A stretch of DNA of 64,000 nt, taken from NCBI GenBank assembly GCA_964629655.1, contig CAZVQU010000002.1, positions 226,814 through 290,813 of the forward strand, read 5' to 3'. This document shows positions 30,572 to 43,474 of the stretch, in pieces. The stretch's first letter is position 1, and each line of letters starts with the position of its first letter. Position numbers and translations under genes: made by a program. The notes beneath the pieces were generated by a model. The model was not told the DNA's origin and ran no database searches. It saw only the letters and a list, made by a program, of their open reading frames with translations. Origin of the DNA: an uncultured Planctomycetia bacterium. GTDB lineage: Bacteria; Omnitrophota; Gorgyraeia; Duberdicusellales; 4484-171.

Positions 30572-30880
30572 TTACACTTCTTGTTTAATCTCTACGCTAA
30601 CGCCTGCGGGCAAATTTAGCTTTCGTAAGGCATCAATTGTTTTTGGCGTTGGTTTGTCCAAATCAATGATTCTCTTATGAATTGCTAACATAAATTGCTC
30701 ACGTGACTTCTTGTCAACATTGGTAGAACGATTAACAGTATAAATTTTCTTCTTCGTAGGCATAGGCATGGGACCATTGACCTTTGCTCCAGTCCGCATA
30801 GCTACTTCAGCTATTTCCTTCGCAGACTGATCCAAAATCCGATGGTCAAACGCTTTTAATTTTATCCTTAACTTAAGCAT
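30572..30880 (-). CDS. rpsJ: 30S ribosomal protein S10
   Basis: [31 protein letters not shown]. Confidence 0.98.
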   Translation of the reverse strand: MLKLRIKLKAFDHRILDQSAKEIAEVAMRTGAKVNGPMPMPTKKKIYTVNRSTNVDKKSREQFMLAIHKRIIDLDKPTPKTIDALRKLNLPAGVSVEIKQEV

Positions 30881-30923
30881 AATTCATGCCTTAAACCACA
30901 ACCTAAATTGTAGTTTATCCCTT

Positions 30924-32126
30924 TTATTCAATGACCTCTGTTAGCACTCCTGCGCCTACTGTTCTTCCGCCCTCACGAATAGCAAACCTCAATTCTTTCT
31001 CTGCAGCTACTGGCTGAATCAATGTAATCTCTAATACCACATTATCTCCCGGCATAACCATTTCTACCCCTTGAGGTAATTGGCATGTTCCAGTAACATC
31101 AGTGGTACGAAAATAGAATTGTGGTCTGTACCCGGCAAAGAAAGGAGTGTGTCTTCCACCCTCTTCTTTCTTCAAGGCATAAACCTGAGCTTTAAACTTA
31201 GTATGAGGAGTAATTGAGCCAGGCTTAGCCAAAACCATTCCTCTCTCAACACCCTCTTTCTCTGTACCTCTTAAAAGTAAACCGACATTATCCCCGGCTT
31301 GACCTTCATCAAGGAGCTTTCTAAACATTTCCACCCCGGTAACTACTGTCTTGCTAACCTCAGGATGAATTCCTACTAATGACACTTCCTCACCAACTTT
31401 AACTTTTCCTCTCTCAACTCTTCCGGTTACTACTGTTCCTCGTCCAGAGATTGAGAAAACATCTTCGACAGCCATAAGGAATGGCTTATCAACGTCTCTT
31501 TTTGGTGTAGGAATATGTTCGTCTACAGCTTTCATCAGCTCGATAATTGCTTTACAATCTGCACACTCTTCTTTACCACAACAACACTTCATTGCTTTTA
31601 AAGCGGATCCTTTAACGATTGGGATTTCTTTGCCAGGAAATTCATACTTAATAAGCAAATCCCTGACTTCCTCTTCCACCAATTCAACTAGCTCGGCATC
31701 TTCCATCTGATCAACCTTGTTGATAAACACAACAACTGCTGGAACGTTTACCTGACGGGCTAAAAGAATGTGCTCTCTTGTCTGTGGCATTGGACCATCA
31801 GTAGCAGCCACAACTAGAATCGCTCCATCCATCTGAGCTGCCCCAGTGATCATGTTCTTGATATAGTCAGCGTGACCAGGGCAATCAATATGAGCGTAGT
31901 GACGATTATCAGTCTCGTACTCAACGTGAGCAATATTGATAGTCACTCCACGCTCTTTCTCTTCCGGCGCCTTATCGATATCTTCAAATTTAAGCGCCTT
32001 AGCCTTACCTTGAGTCGCTAAAACCCCAGTTATTGCTGAAGTAAGCGTCGTCTTACCATGGTCAACGTGGCCAATGGTGCCGATGTTGAGATGGGGTTTT
32101 GTCCTTACAAACTTCTCTTTTCCCAT
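30924..32126 (-). CDS. tuf: Elongation factor Tu
   Basis: [39 protein letters not shown]. Confidence 0.99.
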   Translation of the reverse strand: MGKEKFVRTKPHLNIGTIGHVDHGKTTLTSAITGVLATQGKAKALKFEDIDKAPEEKERGVTINIAHVEYETDNRHYAHIDCPGHADYIKNMITGAAQMDGAILVVAATDGPMPQTREHILLARQVNVPAVVVFINKVDQMEDAELVELVEEEVRDLLIKYEFPGKEIPIVKGSALKAMKCCCGKEECADCKAIIELMKAVDEHIPTPKRDVDKPFLMAVEDVFSISGRGTVVTGRVERGKVKVGEEVSLVGIHPEVSKTVVTGVEMFRKLLDEGQAGDNVGLLLRGTEKEGVERGMVLAKPGSITPHTKFKAQVYALKKEEGGRHTPFFAGYRPQFYFRTTDVTGTCQLPQGVEMVMPGDNVVLEITLIQPVAAEKELRFAIREGGRTVGAGVLTEVIE

Positions 32127-32145
32127 ACTACACCTCCTTATCCAA

Positions 32146-34230
32146 TTAAATTCCTAATATTTTTGACAGTAACTCTTCGGGAACCTTCTCGTAATACGAA
32201 GGCTCTATTGTATAAGATGCCCTACCTTGTGTCAAGCTTCTAAGCGCATCAGCGTAGTTAAAAACTCCCGACAAAGGCACATCGGCTCTGGCAATTCGAA
32301 GATTTTTTCTCTCGCGAATCGATGATATCTTCCCTCGACGCGAATTCAAATCCCCGATAACTTGGCTAACGTACTCAGTAGGTGTAACTACTTCCAAATC
32401 CATCACCGGCTCTAATACAACTGGCTTCGCTTTACGTAACCCCTCTTTAATTCCTATTTCTCCGGCAACCTTAAAAGCTAGCTCTGAAGAATCAACATCA
32501 TGATAAGAGCCATCAATTAAAGTTGCTTTTATATCGACCACAGGATACCCTCCTAAAACGCCACTCTCTACAGCTTCAAAGACTCCTTCTTCAACTGCTG
32601 GAATGTATTCCTTGGGAATAGCACCTGACTTTATTTTATTCTCGAAAATAATACCTTTACCTTTACCTAAAGGCTCCAAGAGCAATACCACATGCCCATA
32701 TTGGCCACGGCCTCCGGTTTGTTGGATGAACTTACCTACAGATTCGACTCTGCGGGTAATTGTCTCTTTATAGGCAACCTGGGGCTTACCAATTCTTGCA
32801 GTTACGCTGAATTCCCTTATTAACCTATCAACCATAATCTCAAGGTGCAACTGTCCCATGCCAGAAATTATATTCTGACCAGTCTCGCGATTGTAAGCTA
32901 CCTTAAAAGACGGATCTTCGTCAGAAAGTTTCTTCAATCCGGCAAAAAGTTTCTCTTGGTCAGCCTTGGTCTTAGGCTCAATAGCTAAAGAAACAACCGG
33001 TTCGGGGAACTTTATCGCTTCTAGAAGAATTGGATGTCGGCTATCACAAAGAGTATCTCCGGTCACCGTATCCTTTAAGCCCACCAAGCAAACAATATCA
33101 CCAGCACCTGCTTCCTTAACAACTTCTTGCTTATTAGCATGCATCTTTAGAATCTTCATGACCCGTTCTTTAGCCTTCTTAGTAACATTATATATATTGG
33201 ATGCAGCTGCAATCTTACCTGAATATATTCGTGTATAAAATAATTTTCCTAAGAAGGGGTCAGTCGCAACCTTAAAACATAAAGCACACAAGGATGAGCT
33301 TTCTCCAATTTCAACTATCTGCTCCTGCCCTTTTTTCTCATCTACTCCGATTATCTCTCCGGCTTCCAAAGGCGAAGGAAGATAGTCGCAAACAGCATCA
33401 AGAAGTTGCTGGATTCCCTTATTCTTTAAAGCTGAACCACAGAAAACCGGAACAAACTTATTAGTCAAAACATATTTTCTTATTGCATTTTTAGTCTCTT
33501 CGGAAGTTATTCCATCGCCGTTAATTACCTTTTGCATAATCTCATCGTCAAGCTCAGCTAATTTTTCCGCCAGACGTTCATTAGCTTTAGTCACCGCCTC
33601 TTTCATCTCCTCAGGAACTTCGCTATAGATAAGCTCTTCGCCCAACTCTCCCTTATAATATATTGCTTTATTAGTAAATAAATCCACCAAACCTAGGAAC
33701 TCATCTTCTTTATATATAGGTAACTGAACCGGAGCCATAACAACTTGCAGTTTCTCTTGCATATCGCCAAGCACGTTAAAAAAATCAGCTCCTACCCTAT
33801 CTAACTTATTAATAAAAGCAATACGGGGAATATTATACTTGTCAGCCTGACGCCAAACAGTTTCTGACTGGGGCTCGACTCCGCCAACACCGCAAAAAAT
33901 AACTACTACTCCGTCTAAAACTTTCAATGACCTCTCTACCTCAACAGTAAAATCAATATGCCCAGGAGTATCAATTATATTAATCTGTTTATCATGCCAT
34001 TGGCAAGAAGTAGCAGCTGATGTGATGGTAATACCTCTTTCTTTTTCCTGAACCATCCAATCGGTAATTGTTGTCCCTTCATGGACCTCACCAACCTTAT
34101 ATGTACGGCCAGTATAGTACAAGACCCTTTCGGTAGTCGTAGTCTTACCGGCATCAATATGGGCTATAAAACCGATATTTCTTGTTGAATCTAATCCCTT
34201 CTTCATAATCGCAACATTTATACTATTCAC
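32146..34230 (-). CDS. fusA: Elongation factor G (start may be ATG at 34206)
   Basis: [31 protein letters not shown]; between rpsG and tuf. Confidence 0.97.
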   Translation of the reverse strand: MNSINVAIMKKGLDSTRNIGFIAHIDAGKTTTTERVLYYTGRTYKVGEVHEGTTITDWMVQEKERGITITSAATSCQWHDKQINIIDTPGHIDFTVEVERSLKVLDGVVVIFCGVGGVEPQSETVWRQADKYNIPRIAFINKLDRVGADFFNVLGDMQEKLQVVMAPVQLPIYKEDEFLGLVDLFTNKAIYYKGELGEELIYSEVPEEMKEAVTKANERLAEKLAELDDEIMQKVINGDGITSEETKNAIRKYVLTNKFVPVFCGSALKNKGIQQLLDAVCDYLPSPLEAGEIIGVDEKKGQEQIVEIGESSSLCALCFKVATDPFLGKLFYTRIYSGKIAAASNIYNVTKKAKERVMKILKMHANKQEVVKEAGAGDIVCLVGLKDTVTGDTLCDSRHPILLEAIKFPEPVVSLAIEPKTKADQEKLFAGLKKLSDEDPSFKVAYNRETGQNIISGMGQLHLEIMVDRLIREFSVTARIGKPQVAYKETITRRVESVGKFIQQTGGRGQYGHVVLLLEPLGKGKGIIFENKIKSGAIPKEYIPAVEEGVFEAVESGVLGGYPVVDIKATLIDGSYHDVDSSELAFKVAGEIGIKEGLRKAKPVVLEPVMDLEVVTPTEYVSQVIGDLNSRRGKISSIRERKNLRIARADVPLSGVFNYADALRSLTQGRASYTIEPSYYEKVPEELLSKILGI

Positions 34231-34235
34231 TTATG

Positions 34236-34703
34236 CTAATACCTAAAGTGTGCAAATGCTCTGTTAGCTTCTGCCATCTTGTGTGTGTCTTCTCTCTTTT
34301 TAATTACTGGACCTTCTCCTTTAAAAGCAGATACAATTTCCTCAGCCAGCTTTATCTTCATTGGTTTGCCTTTTTTCTTTAAGGCTGAATCCTTTATCCA
34401 GCGTATCGCGATCGAAGTCCCCTTCTCTTTGGTTACCTCTAAGGGAACTTGATATGTTGCTCCACCAATTCTTCTAGGCTTAACATTCATCCGAGGGCGA
34501 GCATTATCTAAAGCAGCAAAAAACGCCTTTATTGGGTCTTCCTTGAGCCGCTCGGAAACAATATCAAAAGCATCGTAGATAATCTTCTGGGCAACACTTT
34601 TCTTGCCATCACGCATAATAATATTAACAAAATTGCCTACTACCAAAGAATCATACTTTGGGTCTGTCCTTATGTTTCTTTTAGGCGCTCTCCTTCTTCT
34701 CAT
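34236..34703 (-). CDS. rpsG: 30S ribosomal protein S7
   Basis: DGKKS, RRIGGATYQVP, HKMAEANRAFAH. Confidence 0.98.
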   Translation of the reverse strand: MRRRRAPKRNIRTDPKYDSLVVGNFVNIIMRDGKKSVAQKIIYDAFDIVSERLKEDPIKAFFAALDNARPRMNVKPRRIGGATYQVPLEVTKEKGTSIAIRWIKDSALKKKGKPMKIKLAEEIVSAFKGEGPVIKKREDTHKMAEANRAFAHFRY

Positions 34704-34724
34704 ATTAACCTATCTCCTTAAAAT

Positions 34725-35099
34725 TTAGCTCTTAGGCCTCTTGGCTCCGTATTTAGAGCGTGATCTCTTTCTATTCTGTACCCCTTGGCAATCAAGGGTT
34801 CCTCTTACAATATGATACCTTACACCAGGAAGATCTTTTACCCTCCCGCCTCTCACTAGGGCTATGGAGTGTTCCTGCAGATTATGCCCTTCACCGGGAA
34901 TATAAGCAGTGACTTCCTGGCCATTGGTCAACCTTATTCTGGCAATCTTACGTAAGGCTGAGTTAGGCTTCTTAGGAGTCATTGTTCTTACCTGAATACA
35001 TACTCCTCTTCTTTGCGGACACCCGCCTAAAGCAGGAGACTTTCCCTTTTTCTTCTTAAGCATACGACTTTTTCTTATCAACTGAATTATTGTTGGCAT
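34725..35099 (-). CDS. rpsL: 30S ribosomal protein S12
   Basis: [33 protein letters not shown]. Confidence 0.99.
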   Translation of the reverse strand: MPTIIQLIRKSRMLKKKKGKSPALGGCPQRRGVCIQVRTMTPKKPNSALRKIARIRLTNGQEVTAYIPGEGHNLQEHSIALVRGGRVKDLPGVRYHIVRGTLDCQGVQNRKRSRSKYGAKRPKS

Positions 35100-38000
35100 T
35101 TCTCCACCTCAACTTCTCTATATTTCTTTAAACCAGTTCCAGCAGGAATAAGATGCCCTACTATTACATTTTCCTTTAACCCTTGCAATTGATCCGACTT
35201 TCCAGCAGTAGCAGCGTCAGCCAAGATTCGAGTAGTCTCCTGAAAGCTTGCTGCTGAAATAAAACTCTTTGTACTCAAAGATGCCTTGGTAATACCTAGA
35301 AGCAGCGGTGACGCTATAGCAGGCTTGCCACCTTTCTTAATGACTCGCTCATTCTCACGACGAAAATCCCACTTGTCTATCCCCTCTCCAGGCAAAAATT
35401 CACTATCTCCGGAATCATCAACCCTCACCTTCTTAAGCATTTCGCGGATAATAACCTCGATATGTTTGTTATTTATCCTTACACCCTGTAAACGATAAAT
35501 TTCCTGTATCTCGTTAACCAAACGCTCTTGCAGCACTTTATCTCCGCAAACTCTTAAAATATCCTGCAAGACTACCGGCCCTTCAATCAATTGTTGTCCG
35601 GCAACAACTTGATCTCCTCTATAAACTATCGGATGAGCCCCAGTAGGAATCGCATATTCTCTGCTCATCCCAGTAGGACTACGGACAATAATCTTTCTCT
35701 CACCAGCAGCTTCAGCAAATTCAATAAACCCATCTATTTCACTTATAACAGCCGGGTTCTTAGGACGCCTGGCTTCAAACAACTCTGCTACCCGAGGTAG
35801 GCCTCCGGTGATATCCCTAGTCTTTGCTACTAAACGCGGTGTCTTGGCAATAACATCACCGGCCTCAACTGCATCACCCTCGCTCATCATTATATGAGCG
35901 CCAGTAGGTAGAGGGTAAAACCCGAGAACCTCTTCTTTCTTGGAAAGAGTAAGAATTTGTGGGTGGTAATCACCCTTGAAATCAACTACGACTCTTTCTT
36001 TTCTACCAGTGGTAACATTTAGCTCTTCTTGGATAGTAATTTTATCAATAATATCTTCGTACTTAACTTTACCACCCGCCTCTGCCAATATCGGTGAAGA
36101 GTAAGGATCCCATCTTACAAATATCTTATCCTTCTCGATTTCTCCGTTATCAGCAATAGAAATTGATGATCCTTGAGGAACAGGATTCCTCTGAAGCTCA
36201 ATTCCCTTACTATCATTGATGCTTATCATTCCATTTCTGTTGAGAACTACGAAATGCCTTCCTTTAGAAACAACCCTAAGGTTATGGTACTTAACAACTC
36301 CCTTCTCTCTTGACTTTATGAATGAACGCTCAGCTACTCGTGAAGCTGTACCTCCGATATGGAAAGTTCTCATTGTAAGCTGAGTACCTGGCTCACCAAT
36401 AGATTGAGCAGCAATAACCCCTACAGCTTCGCCGATCTCCACTAACTTTCTCGAGGCTAGATTCTTTCCGTAACATCTAATACAAACTCCCCTCTCTGAT
36501 TCACAAGTCAAAACACTTCTTATCCTTATCTTTTCTAAACCTAAACGCTCTATCCTCTCTGCGATTTCTTCGGTAATCTCCTCATTAGTCTTAACAATTA
36601 TCTCATCGCTCACCAAATCAGCGATATTATCTAAGGCGATCCTCCCGACTATTCTCTCTCGCAAAGAAACAACAACATCTTCCCCTTCAACAATCTCTGA
36701 AGCTGTTATTCCGTTTACCGTCCCGCAATCATCTTCAACGATGATAACTTCTTGAGCCACGTCTACAAGACGACGGGTAAGATAACCAGCATCAGCAGTC
36801 TTTAAGGCAGTATCAGCTAATCCCTTTCTGGCTCCGTGGGTAGAGATAAAAAACTCTAATACTGTTAATCCCTCTTTAAAGTTAGAGGTGATCGGTATTT
36901 CAATAATCTCTCCTGACGGCTTAGCCATAAGCCCTCTCATCCCGGCTAACTGTCTTACCTGCAGCCTTGAGCCTCTAGCCCCAGAATCTGCCATCATAAA
37001 AACCGGGTTATCCTGTTCCATATTCTTAAATACAAAATCTGAAACCCGATCAGTGGTTCTTGTCCAAACGTCAATAATCTTATTGTGTCTCTCCCTCTCG
37101 GTGATAATTCCGCGTCGATACTGATCTTCTACCTTGTTCAACTCGTTATTGGCTTCGGCAATACACTCTTGTTTTTGTTCAGGTATCTTTAAATCACCAA
37201 CACCAATGCTTATCCCCCCCAAGGTAGCATACTCAAATCCTAAATCCTTTATATTATCTAAGAGAGCGATAACAGCACTGTGGCCAAATTGCTTATAGCA
37301 TTCGCTAATAATTCCTGACACGCTTCTCTTATCTAAGGCCTCGTTAACAAAACGAAATCCTTTAGGTAGAATTTGATTAAAAACAACTCTACCAGTAGTA
37401 GTCTCAACTATTTTCCTCTCCCCGTTCTCACTTATTCTTAGCTTAACCTTAGCGTGAAGATCAACCTCTTCATCCTGGTAGGCAGTAATTACTTCTTCGA
37501 AATTAGAAAAGGTTATTCCTTCACCCTTAGCCTTATCTTTAGCCATGGTAATATAGCGACAGCCAATAATCATATCCTGACTAGGTGCAATAACCGGTCG
37601 GCCATCAGAAGGAGAAAAAATGTTGTTCACCGAAAGCATGATTACCCTAGCCTCAGCCTGAGCTTCTAAAGATAGTGGGAGATGAACCGCCATCTGGTCA
37701 CCGTCAAAGTCAGCATTGAAAGCAGCACAAACAAGCGGATGTAATTTAATAGCTTTTCCTTCAACTAAAACTGGATAAAAAGCTTGAATACTTAAACGAT
37801 GCAACGTAGGAGCACGATTAAGCAGAACCGGATGCCCTTCGATTACATCTTCAAGAATATCCCAAACTTCAATTCGAGCACGCTCAACCATTCTTCGCGC
37901 ACCCTTTATCGTATGCACAAATCCTTTTTCTCTTAATTTCTTTATAATGAACGGTTCAACTAATTCTAAAGCCATCTGCTTAGGAATGCCACATTGATGA

Positions 38001-39058
38001 AGCTTTAGCTCCGGACCGACGACAATAACACTTCTTCCCGAATAATCTACACGCTTACCTAAGAGATTCTGCCTAAAACGTCCTTGCTTACCCTTAAGCA
38101 TGTCAGAAAGACTCTTTAAGGGTCTGTTTTGCGGACCGACGACTGGCCGTCCATGACGTCCATTTTCTAAAACTGCATCGACAGCTTCCTGAAGCATTCT
38201 CTTTTCGTTCCTGATGATTATATCCGGTGCGCCCAAAGAAATTAATTTCTTCAAACGGTTATTTCTATTTATAACTCGACGATAAAGGTCATTGAGGTCA
38301 GAGGAAGCAAATCTTCCGCCCTCAAGAGGCACCAAGGGGCGTAAATCTGGTGGGATAATCGGAAGAGCATCTAAAACCATCCACTCACACTTATTTCCCG
38401 AGCGGCGCATGTCTTCAATTATCTTTAATCTCTTCAGAAGCCTCTTGTTTACTCCAACTTTACCTTTTTCTATACTTTTACGCACTGCTTTGCTTAGCTT
38501 ATCTAAATCAACTTCCTTTAAAAGTTCTTTTATAACTTCAGCTCCGATTCCAGCCTTAAAATCTCCACCAAAATTTTCTAAAGCCTCACGATATTCTGCT
38601 TCATTAAGAAGCTGGCCTTTCTTCAAGCGAGCTGTACCCGGATCAACCACAACATACTCTTCGTAGTAAATAACTTTTTCTAATTGTTTAATGCTTAAAT
38701 CAAGGAGGGCGCCGATTCGGGAAGGAAGAACTTTAAAAAACCATATGTGTGTTGCCGGTGCAGCTAAGGCAATATGCCCCATACGCTGCCTTCTTACCGA
38801 AGAATGCAGAATTTCTACTCCGCAACGATCACACTTGGAACCTTTAAATTTTATTCCCTTCATCTTACCGCAATGACACTCCCAATCCTTGGCCGGTCCA
38901 AAAATCCTCTCACAGAAAAGGCCATCTTTCTCAGGCTTCAAAGTACGGTAATTTAAAGTTTCAGCCTTCTTCACTTCACCCGAAGACCAACTCTTGATAA
39001 CCCCCGGTGAAGCTAACTTTATATTTATCCGATCAAAAAAAGTACCTTCTTCTATCAT
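35087..39058 (-). CDS. rpoC: RNA polymerase beta' subunit
   Basis: Start trimmed to the ATG at 39058 (ATGA overlap with the rpoB stop); N-terminal Zn finger, [25 protein letters not shown]. Confidence 0.98.
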   Translation of the reverse strand: MIEEGTFFDRINIKLASPGVIKSWSSGEVKKAETLNYRTLKPEKDGLFCERIFGPAKDWECHCGKMKGIKFKGSKCDRCGVEILHSSVRRQRMGHIALAAPATHIWFFKVLPSRIGALLDLSIKQLEKVIYYEEYVVVDPGTARLKKGQLLNEAEYREALENFGGDFKAGIGAEVIKELLKEVDLDKLSKAVRKSIEKGKVGVNKRLLKRLKIIEDMRRSGNKCEWMVLDALPIIPPDLRPLVPLEGGRFASSDLNDLYRRVINRNNRLKKLISLGAPDIIIRNEKRMLQEAVDAVLENGRHGRPVVGPQNRPLKSLSDMLKGKQGRFRQNLLGKRVDYSGRSVIVVGPELKLHQCGIPKQMALELVEPFIIKKLREKGFVHTIKGARRMVERARIEVWDILEDVIEGHPVLLNRAPTLHRLSIQAFYPVLVEGKAIKLHPLVCAAFNADFDGDQMAVHLPLSLEAQAEARVIMLSVNNIFSPSDGRPVIAPSQDMIIGCRYITMAKDKAKGEGITFSNFEEVITAYQDEEVDLHAKVKLRISENGERKIVETTTGRVVFNQILPKGFRFVNEALDKRSVSGIISECYKQFGHSAVIALLDNIKDLGFEYATLGGISIGVGDLKIPEQKQECIAEANNELNKVEDQYRRGIITERERHNKIIDVWTRTTDRVSDFVFKNMEQDNPVFMMADSGARGSRLQVRQLAGMRGLMAKPSGEIIEIPITSNFKEGLTVLEFFISTHGARKGLADTALKTADAGYLTRRLVDVAQEVIIVEDDCGTVNGITASEIVEGEDVVVSLRERIVGRIALDNIADLVSDEIIVKTNEEITEEIAERIERLGLEKIRIRSVLTCESERGVCIRCYGKNLASRKLVEIGEAVGVIAAQSIGEPGTQLTMRTFHIGGTASRVAERSFIKSREKGVVKYHNLRVVSKGRHFVVLNRNGMISINDSKGIELQRNPVPQGSSISIADNGEIEKDKIFVRWDPYSSPILAEAGGKVKYEDIIDKITIQEELNVTTGRKERVVVDFKGDYHPQILTLSKKEEVLGFYPLPTGAHIMMSEGDAVEAGDVIAKTPRLVAKTRDITGGLPRVAELFEARRPKNPAVISEIDGFIEFAEAAGERKIIVRSPTGMSREYAIPTGAHPIVYRGDQVVAGQQLIEGPVVLQDILRVCGDKVLQERLVNEIQEIYRLQGVRINNKHIEVIIREMLKKVRVDDSGDSEFLPGEGIDKWDFRRENERVIKKGGKPAIASPLLLGITKASLSTKSFISAASFQETTRILADAATAGKSDQLQGLKENVIVGHLIPAGTGLKKYREVEVEKCQQ

Positions 39059-42000
39059 TTGCTCTCCTTTTCTGCCCTGATATCCAAACAAAGTCCCTGC
39101 AATTCCTTTATCAAAACATTGAAAGATTCGGGTACAGAAGGATGAAACTTTTGCTCGCCTCTCACGATTGCTTCGTATATTCTTGTTCTTCCTTCTACAT
39201 CATCACTCTTTACTGTAAGCATCTCTTGAAGAGTAAAAGCTGCGCCATAAGCTTCCAAAGCCCAAACTTCCATCTCACCAAAGCGCTGACCACCAAATTG
39301 GGCTTTTCCGCCTAACGGCTGTTGAGTAATAAGTGAGTAAGGTCCGATGGCCCGGGCGTGGATCTTGTCATCAACCATATGTACTAATTTCATTATGTAC
39401 ACATACCCTACACCAGCCTTTTGAGCAAAAGGCTTACCAGTGTAACCATCAAAAAGGGTAACCTTGCCATCTTCAGGCAAACCAGCTTCAGTTAATAAAC
39501 CTCTTACGTCCTCCTCCTTCGCTCCATCAAAAACAGGAGAAGCAATCCTTAAGCCTAGTCGTTTAGCGGCCCAACCTAGATGCATTTCTAGAAGCTGACC
39601 GACATTCATTCGTGAAGGTACCCCTAAAGGATTTAGAAGTATATCTATCGGTGTCCCATCATCGAGATAAGGCATATCTTCCTCAGGTAAAATTTTAGAA
39701 ATTACTCCTTTGTTCCCGTGTCGGCCCGAAAGCTTATCGCCGGCGGAAATCTTCCTCTTCATGGCTACAAAAACAACTACTCGCTTCAAAACTCCCGCTG
39801 GAAGCTCATCGCCTTTTTTGATCTTAGCTATTTCTAGTTCCTTCTCAATAGACAACTCAATAAGCCGTCCATCATAAATATCAAGTATTGCTTTTGCTTC
39901 TTCATTTTCCTCGCAATCAGAAGATGTAACTTTATTATCAGCCTTGCCTAAACAGATACCTAAACGTCTGCCTTTCTCTCGCTCTAAGAGCTCTTTCTCT
40001 TCATCGTAATAAGTCTCAATCTCCTTTATTCTACGTAACTCCTCGGTCTTCTCCTTCTTTGAACGCCGTCCTCTGTCTTTTCTCTGAAAGACCTCAACGT
40101 TTGTGACTACGCCATAAATGCCCGGAGGAACTCGCAGGGAAGTATCTTTTACATCTGCTGCTTTCTCGCCAAATATTGCCCTTAATAATCTCTCTTCCGG
40201 AGAAAGCTCTTTTTCTGTCTTGGGAGTTACCCGCCCGACCAAAATATCGTCAGGCATAACTTCAGCTCCGATTCGGATAATACCGCTATCATCCAAATTG
40301 CTTAGAGCCTCTTCGCTAACATTAGGAATATCCCGAGTAACTTCTTCATTACCTAATCTTGTTTCCCGAGATTCACACTCGAACTTCTCAATATGTAAAG
40401 AAGTAAGTGTGTCCTCTTTTAATAATCTTTCATTAATAATAATTGCGTCTTCAAAGTTATAGCCCCTCCAAGGCAAGAATGCTACAAGCAAATTAGTACC
40501 TAAAGAAAGGTTTCCATCTTCTGTTGCCATACCGTCAGCAATAATTGTATTCCTCTTTAGTTCATCCCCTTTCTTAACTAAAGGTTTTTGATTTGTGCAA
40601 GTGTCAGCGTTAGAACGGCAGAATTTCTTTAGCTTGTAAGTAAAATTTCCTACTCTTATTGATGACGCATCTACTTCATTAACCTTGCCTGACTCGTTAG
40701 CAATCACCATTACTCCGCTATCTCTAGCTACCTTTTCCTCAACCCCGGTTCCAACCAGAGGTTGCTGAGGAAACATTAATGGCACTGCTTGCCTCTGCAT
40801 ATTCGAACCCATAAGCGCACGGTTGGCATCATCATGTTCAAGAAAAGGAATTAGCGAGGCAGAAACAGATATAATCTGCTGGGGAGAAACATCCATGTAC
40901 TCGATATTTTTCGGTTTTATTTTGGGAAACTTTCCTAAGTGGCGGGCATAAATTTCTTTATCTTTAATTTTTCCATCTGTGTCTATGTTGGCAGTTACCT
41001 GCGAAATTACTGAGTTCTCTTCTTCGTCACCCATTAAAAATTCAGTTTTCTCATTAACTACTCCGTTTTCTACCTTTCGATAAGGAGTGGTCAAAAATCC
41101 TAGAGGATTTATCCGGGCATAGGTAGTTAATGAAGCTAGAAGACCAATATTTGCCCCCTCCGGTGTCTCTATAGGACAAATCTTTCCGTAGTGGGTAGGA
41201 TGAACGTCACGGACTTCAAAACCGGCACGTTCACGAGACAAACCTCCTGGCCCCATTGCTGAAAGTCTACGCTTGTGAGTCATTTCAGCCAAGGGATTTG
41301 TTTGGTCCATAAATTGAGAAAGGGGTGAACGAGCGAAGAAGTCTTGTATTTGTGTTGAGAAAGCTCGAGAATTTATAAGATGCTGAATAGCAAAATCATT
41401 GGAAGAAATAAGCGAATACCTATCAAGGAATGTTCTCTCGACCCTTAATAGACCTACCCTTACTTGATGCTGTAAAAGTTCACCGATAAGTTTTACTCTT
41501 CGATTGGAAAGATGATCGATATCGTCTATATCTCTTTTTCCAGCCTTTACCGTAAGTAAGGTCTTAATAATTTCTATTACGGTAGTTAAATCTAAAGTTC
41601 TTTTGCTTAAGTTAAAATCCGTACCTAACTTCTTATTAAGAAGATATCTGCCTACTCTACCTAAATCGTATCGGCGGGGATCAAGGAACATCCTTCTAAA
41701 GACCTCTTTGGCAGCTTCCAAAGTAATTGGTTCGGTAGGACGCATCTTCTTGTAAAAATCTAAATAAGCGCCTTCCTTAGTTGTTGTTGAATCTTTTTTA
41801 ACTGTATTAACTAATTCCGGATACGGTTTATCAGAAAAATGGCTATAAATATTATCATTAGTAGAAAGACCTAAGATACGTAAAATTTGAGTTGCCGGAA
41901 AAGTCTTTCTGCGGTCAATAATCGCAGTAATAGTATCGTTTATGTCGGTTCGAAATTCCAGCCAATATCCACGATAAGGAATTATCCTGGCAAAGTAAAT

Positions 42001-42471
42001 ACGTTTACCTGTGGGGTGGGATTCCTCCTCAAAGAATACGCCAGGCGAACGCTGCAGCTGACTGATTATAGCTCTCTCATCACCATTAATAATAAAAGAG
42101 GCTGTATCGGTCATAAGGGGAATATCCCCTAGGTAAATTTCCTGCTCTTTTACTTCAAGCGAAGGATCAGACAACCTTAAACGCACCCTTAGGGGGGCAG
42201 CATAAGTCTGCGACCTTCTCTTGCATTCATCTACGCTATAGCGCGGGCGGCTCAAACCGTAAGAGACGAACTCTAAGCGATATTGCTTATCCGGACTCTC
42301 CATAGGGAAAATCTCCCGCAAAACTTCCTGCAAGCCTATATTCTTTCTCTTCTCCGGTAAAACATCGACTTGCAAAAACTCTCTATACGAGCGCAATTGA
42401 TGTTCAAGAAGATGAGGCATGGCAAAGCTCTTCTTAATCTTAGCAAAAGATAGCTTTTTGGCTTTTTTCAA
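39055..42471 (-). CDS. rpoB: RNA polymerase beta subunit
   Basis: SQFMDQTNPL, ETPEG, GDKLSGRHGNKG, GGQRFGEMEVWALE; TTG start with AGGAGG RBS. Confidence 0.98.
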   Translation of the reverse strand: MKKAKKLSFAKIKKSFAMPHLLEHQLRSYREFLQVDVLPEKRKNIGLQEVLREIFPMESPDKQYRLEFVSYGLSRPRYSVDECKRRSQTYAAPLRVRLRLSDPSLEVKEQEIYLGDIPLMTDTASFIINGDERAIISQLQRSPGVFFEEESHPTGKRIYFARIIPYRGYWLEFRTDINDTITAIIDRRKTFPATQILRILGLSTNDNIYSHFSDKPYPELVNTVKKDSTTTKEGAYLDFYKKMRPTEPITLEAAKEVFRRMFLDPRRYDLGRVGRYLLNKKLGTDFNLSKRTLDLTTVIEIIKTLLTVKAGKRDIDDIDHLSNRRVKLIGELLQHQVRVGLLRVERTFLDRYSLISSNDFAIQHLINSRAFSTQIQDFFARSPLSQFMDQTNPLAEMTHKRRLSAMGPGGLSRERAGFEVRDVHPTHYGKICPIETPEGANIGLLASLTTYARINPLGFLTTPYRKVENGVVNEKTEFLMGDEEENSVISQVTANIDTDGKIKDKEIYARHLGKFPKIKPKNIEYMDVSPQQIISVSASLIPFLEHDDANRALMGSNMQRQAVPLMFPQQPLVGTGVEEKVARDSGVMVIANESGKVNEVDASSIRVGNFTYKLKKFCRSNADTCTNQKPLVKKGDELKRNTIIADGMATEDGNLSLGTNLLVAFLPWRGYNFEDAIIINERLLKEDTLTSLHIEKFECESRETRLGNEEVTRDIPNVSEEALSNLDDSGIIRIGAEVMPDDILVGRVTPKTEKELSPEERLLRAIFGEKAADVKDTSLRVPPGIYGVVTNVEVFQRKDRGRRSKKEKTEELRRIKEIETYYDEEKELLEREKGRRLGICLGKADNKVTSSDCEENEEAKAILDIYDGRLIELSIEKELEIAKIKKGDELPAGVLKRVVVFVAMKRKISAGDKLSGRHGNKGVISKILPEEDMPYLDDGTPIDILLNPLGVPSRMNVGQLLEMHLGWAAKRLGLRIASPVFDGAKEEDVRGLLTEAGLPEDGKVTLFDGYTGKPFAQKAGVGYVYIMKLVHMVDDKIHARAIGPYSLITQQPLGGKAQFGGQRFGEMEVWALEAYGAAFTLQEMLTVKSDDVEGRTRIYEAIVRGEQKFHPSVPESFNVLIKELQGLCLDIRAEKESK

Positions 42472-42534
42472 GTTATCCTCCTATAATGGGCACATCGCTT
42501 ATGGAACTAAGTACGCATAAGTGATCGGTGCGAA

Positions 42535-42912
42535 TTATTTCAACTCTACGGTAGCCCCAGTAGCTTCTATTTTCTTCTTGATCTCTTCAGCTTCTTCCTT
42601 GGTAACATTCTCTCTAATCGCCTTAGGTGCAGAATCAACTAAGTCTTTTGCTTCCTTTAAGCCTAATTCAGTAATTGCTCTAATCTCTTTAATAACCGCT
42701 ATTTTGTTGGAACCGACGCCAGTTAAAGTTACAGTAAAAGAAGTTTTCTCTTCTTCCTCTTCTGCGGCGGCTCCGCCTCCAGCTGCAGCTACAGCAACTG
42801 CAGGAGCAGCAGCGGTTACTCCGAACTTATCTTCACAAGCCTTTACTAGCTCGGAGAGCTCTAGAACGGTCATTTCCTCCACCACCTTCATAATGTCATC
42901 AACCTTAGACAT
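42535..42912 (-). CDS. rplL: 50S ribosomal protein L7/L12
   Basis: Ala-rich hinge, [19 protein letters not shown]. Confidence 0.98.
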   Translation of the reverse strand: MSKVDDIMKVVEEMTVLELSELVKACEDKFGVTAAAPAVAVAAAGGGAAAEEEEEKTSFTVTLTGVGSNKIAVIKEIRAITELGLKEAKDLVDSAPKAIRENVTKEEAEEIKKKIEATGATVELK

Positions 42913-42922
42913 AGCTACCTCC

Positions 42923-43474
42923 TTATCCTTTTTTCTGCTCTTTAGCTTTTTTTATTTCTTCAATAACCCAAACAAACTTTAAAATGATCTGATTCAACGT
43001 ATTAAGAAAACCACACAAAGGTGAAGCAAAAGAAGATACTACCATGCCAATAAGCACTTCCCGGGAAGGAAGTTTTGCTAAAGCACCTAATTCTTTAGAG
43101 CTAACCCTTTTATCTTTAATGACTCCGCCCTTTAGCTGTAAGGCTTCGGCCTCTTTGGCGAATTCAACAAGGATTTTGCAAGCTTCAACTACACCATCCT
43201 CTTTTGTAATAACAACGCCTGTTTCTGCTTCCAGCAAACTATTTACATCTTCCCAGCCTAATTCATCCAACGCTTTCCTAAATAAAGAATTCTTAGCTAC
43301 AAAAACTCTAGCACCGGAGTCACGAAGATTGTTGCGTAGTCCATTAATCGGAAAGGCTCCAACCTTATTAAAGCCAACGAAAAAACACCCTTCGGTGCTT
43401 TTAACTCCCTGCTTTAGGCCTTCAACAATTCTTTCGCGTGTCAATAAGCCTATTTTTTTTGTTTCTTTAGCCAT
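42923..43474 (-). CDS. rplJ: 50S ribosomal protein L10
   Basis: LR...[18 protein letters not shown]; between rplA and rplL. Confidence 0.93.
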   Translation of the reverse strand: MAKETKKIGLLTRERIVEGLKQGVKSTEGCFFVGFNKVGAFPINGLRNNLRDSGARVFVAKNSLFRKALDELGWEDVNSLLEAETGVVITKEDGVVEACKILVEFAKEAEALQLKGGVIKDKRVSSKELGALAKLPSREVLIGMVVSSFASPLCGFLNTLNQIILKFVWVIEEIKKAKEQKKG

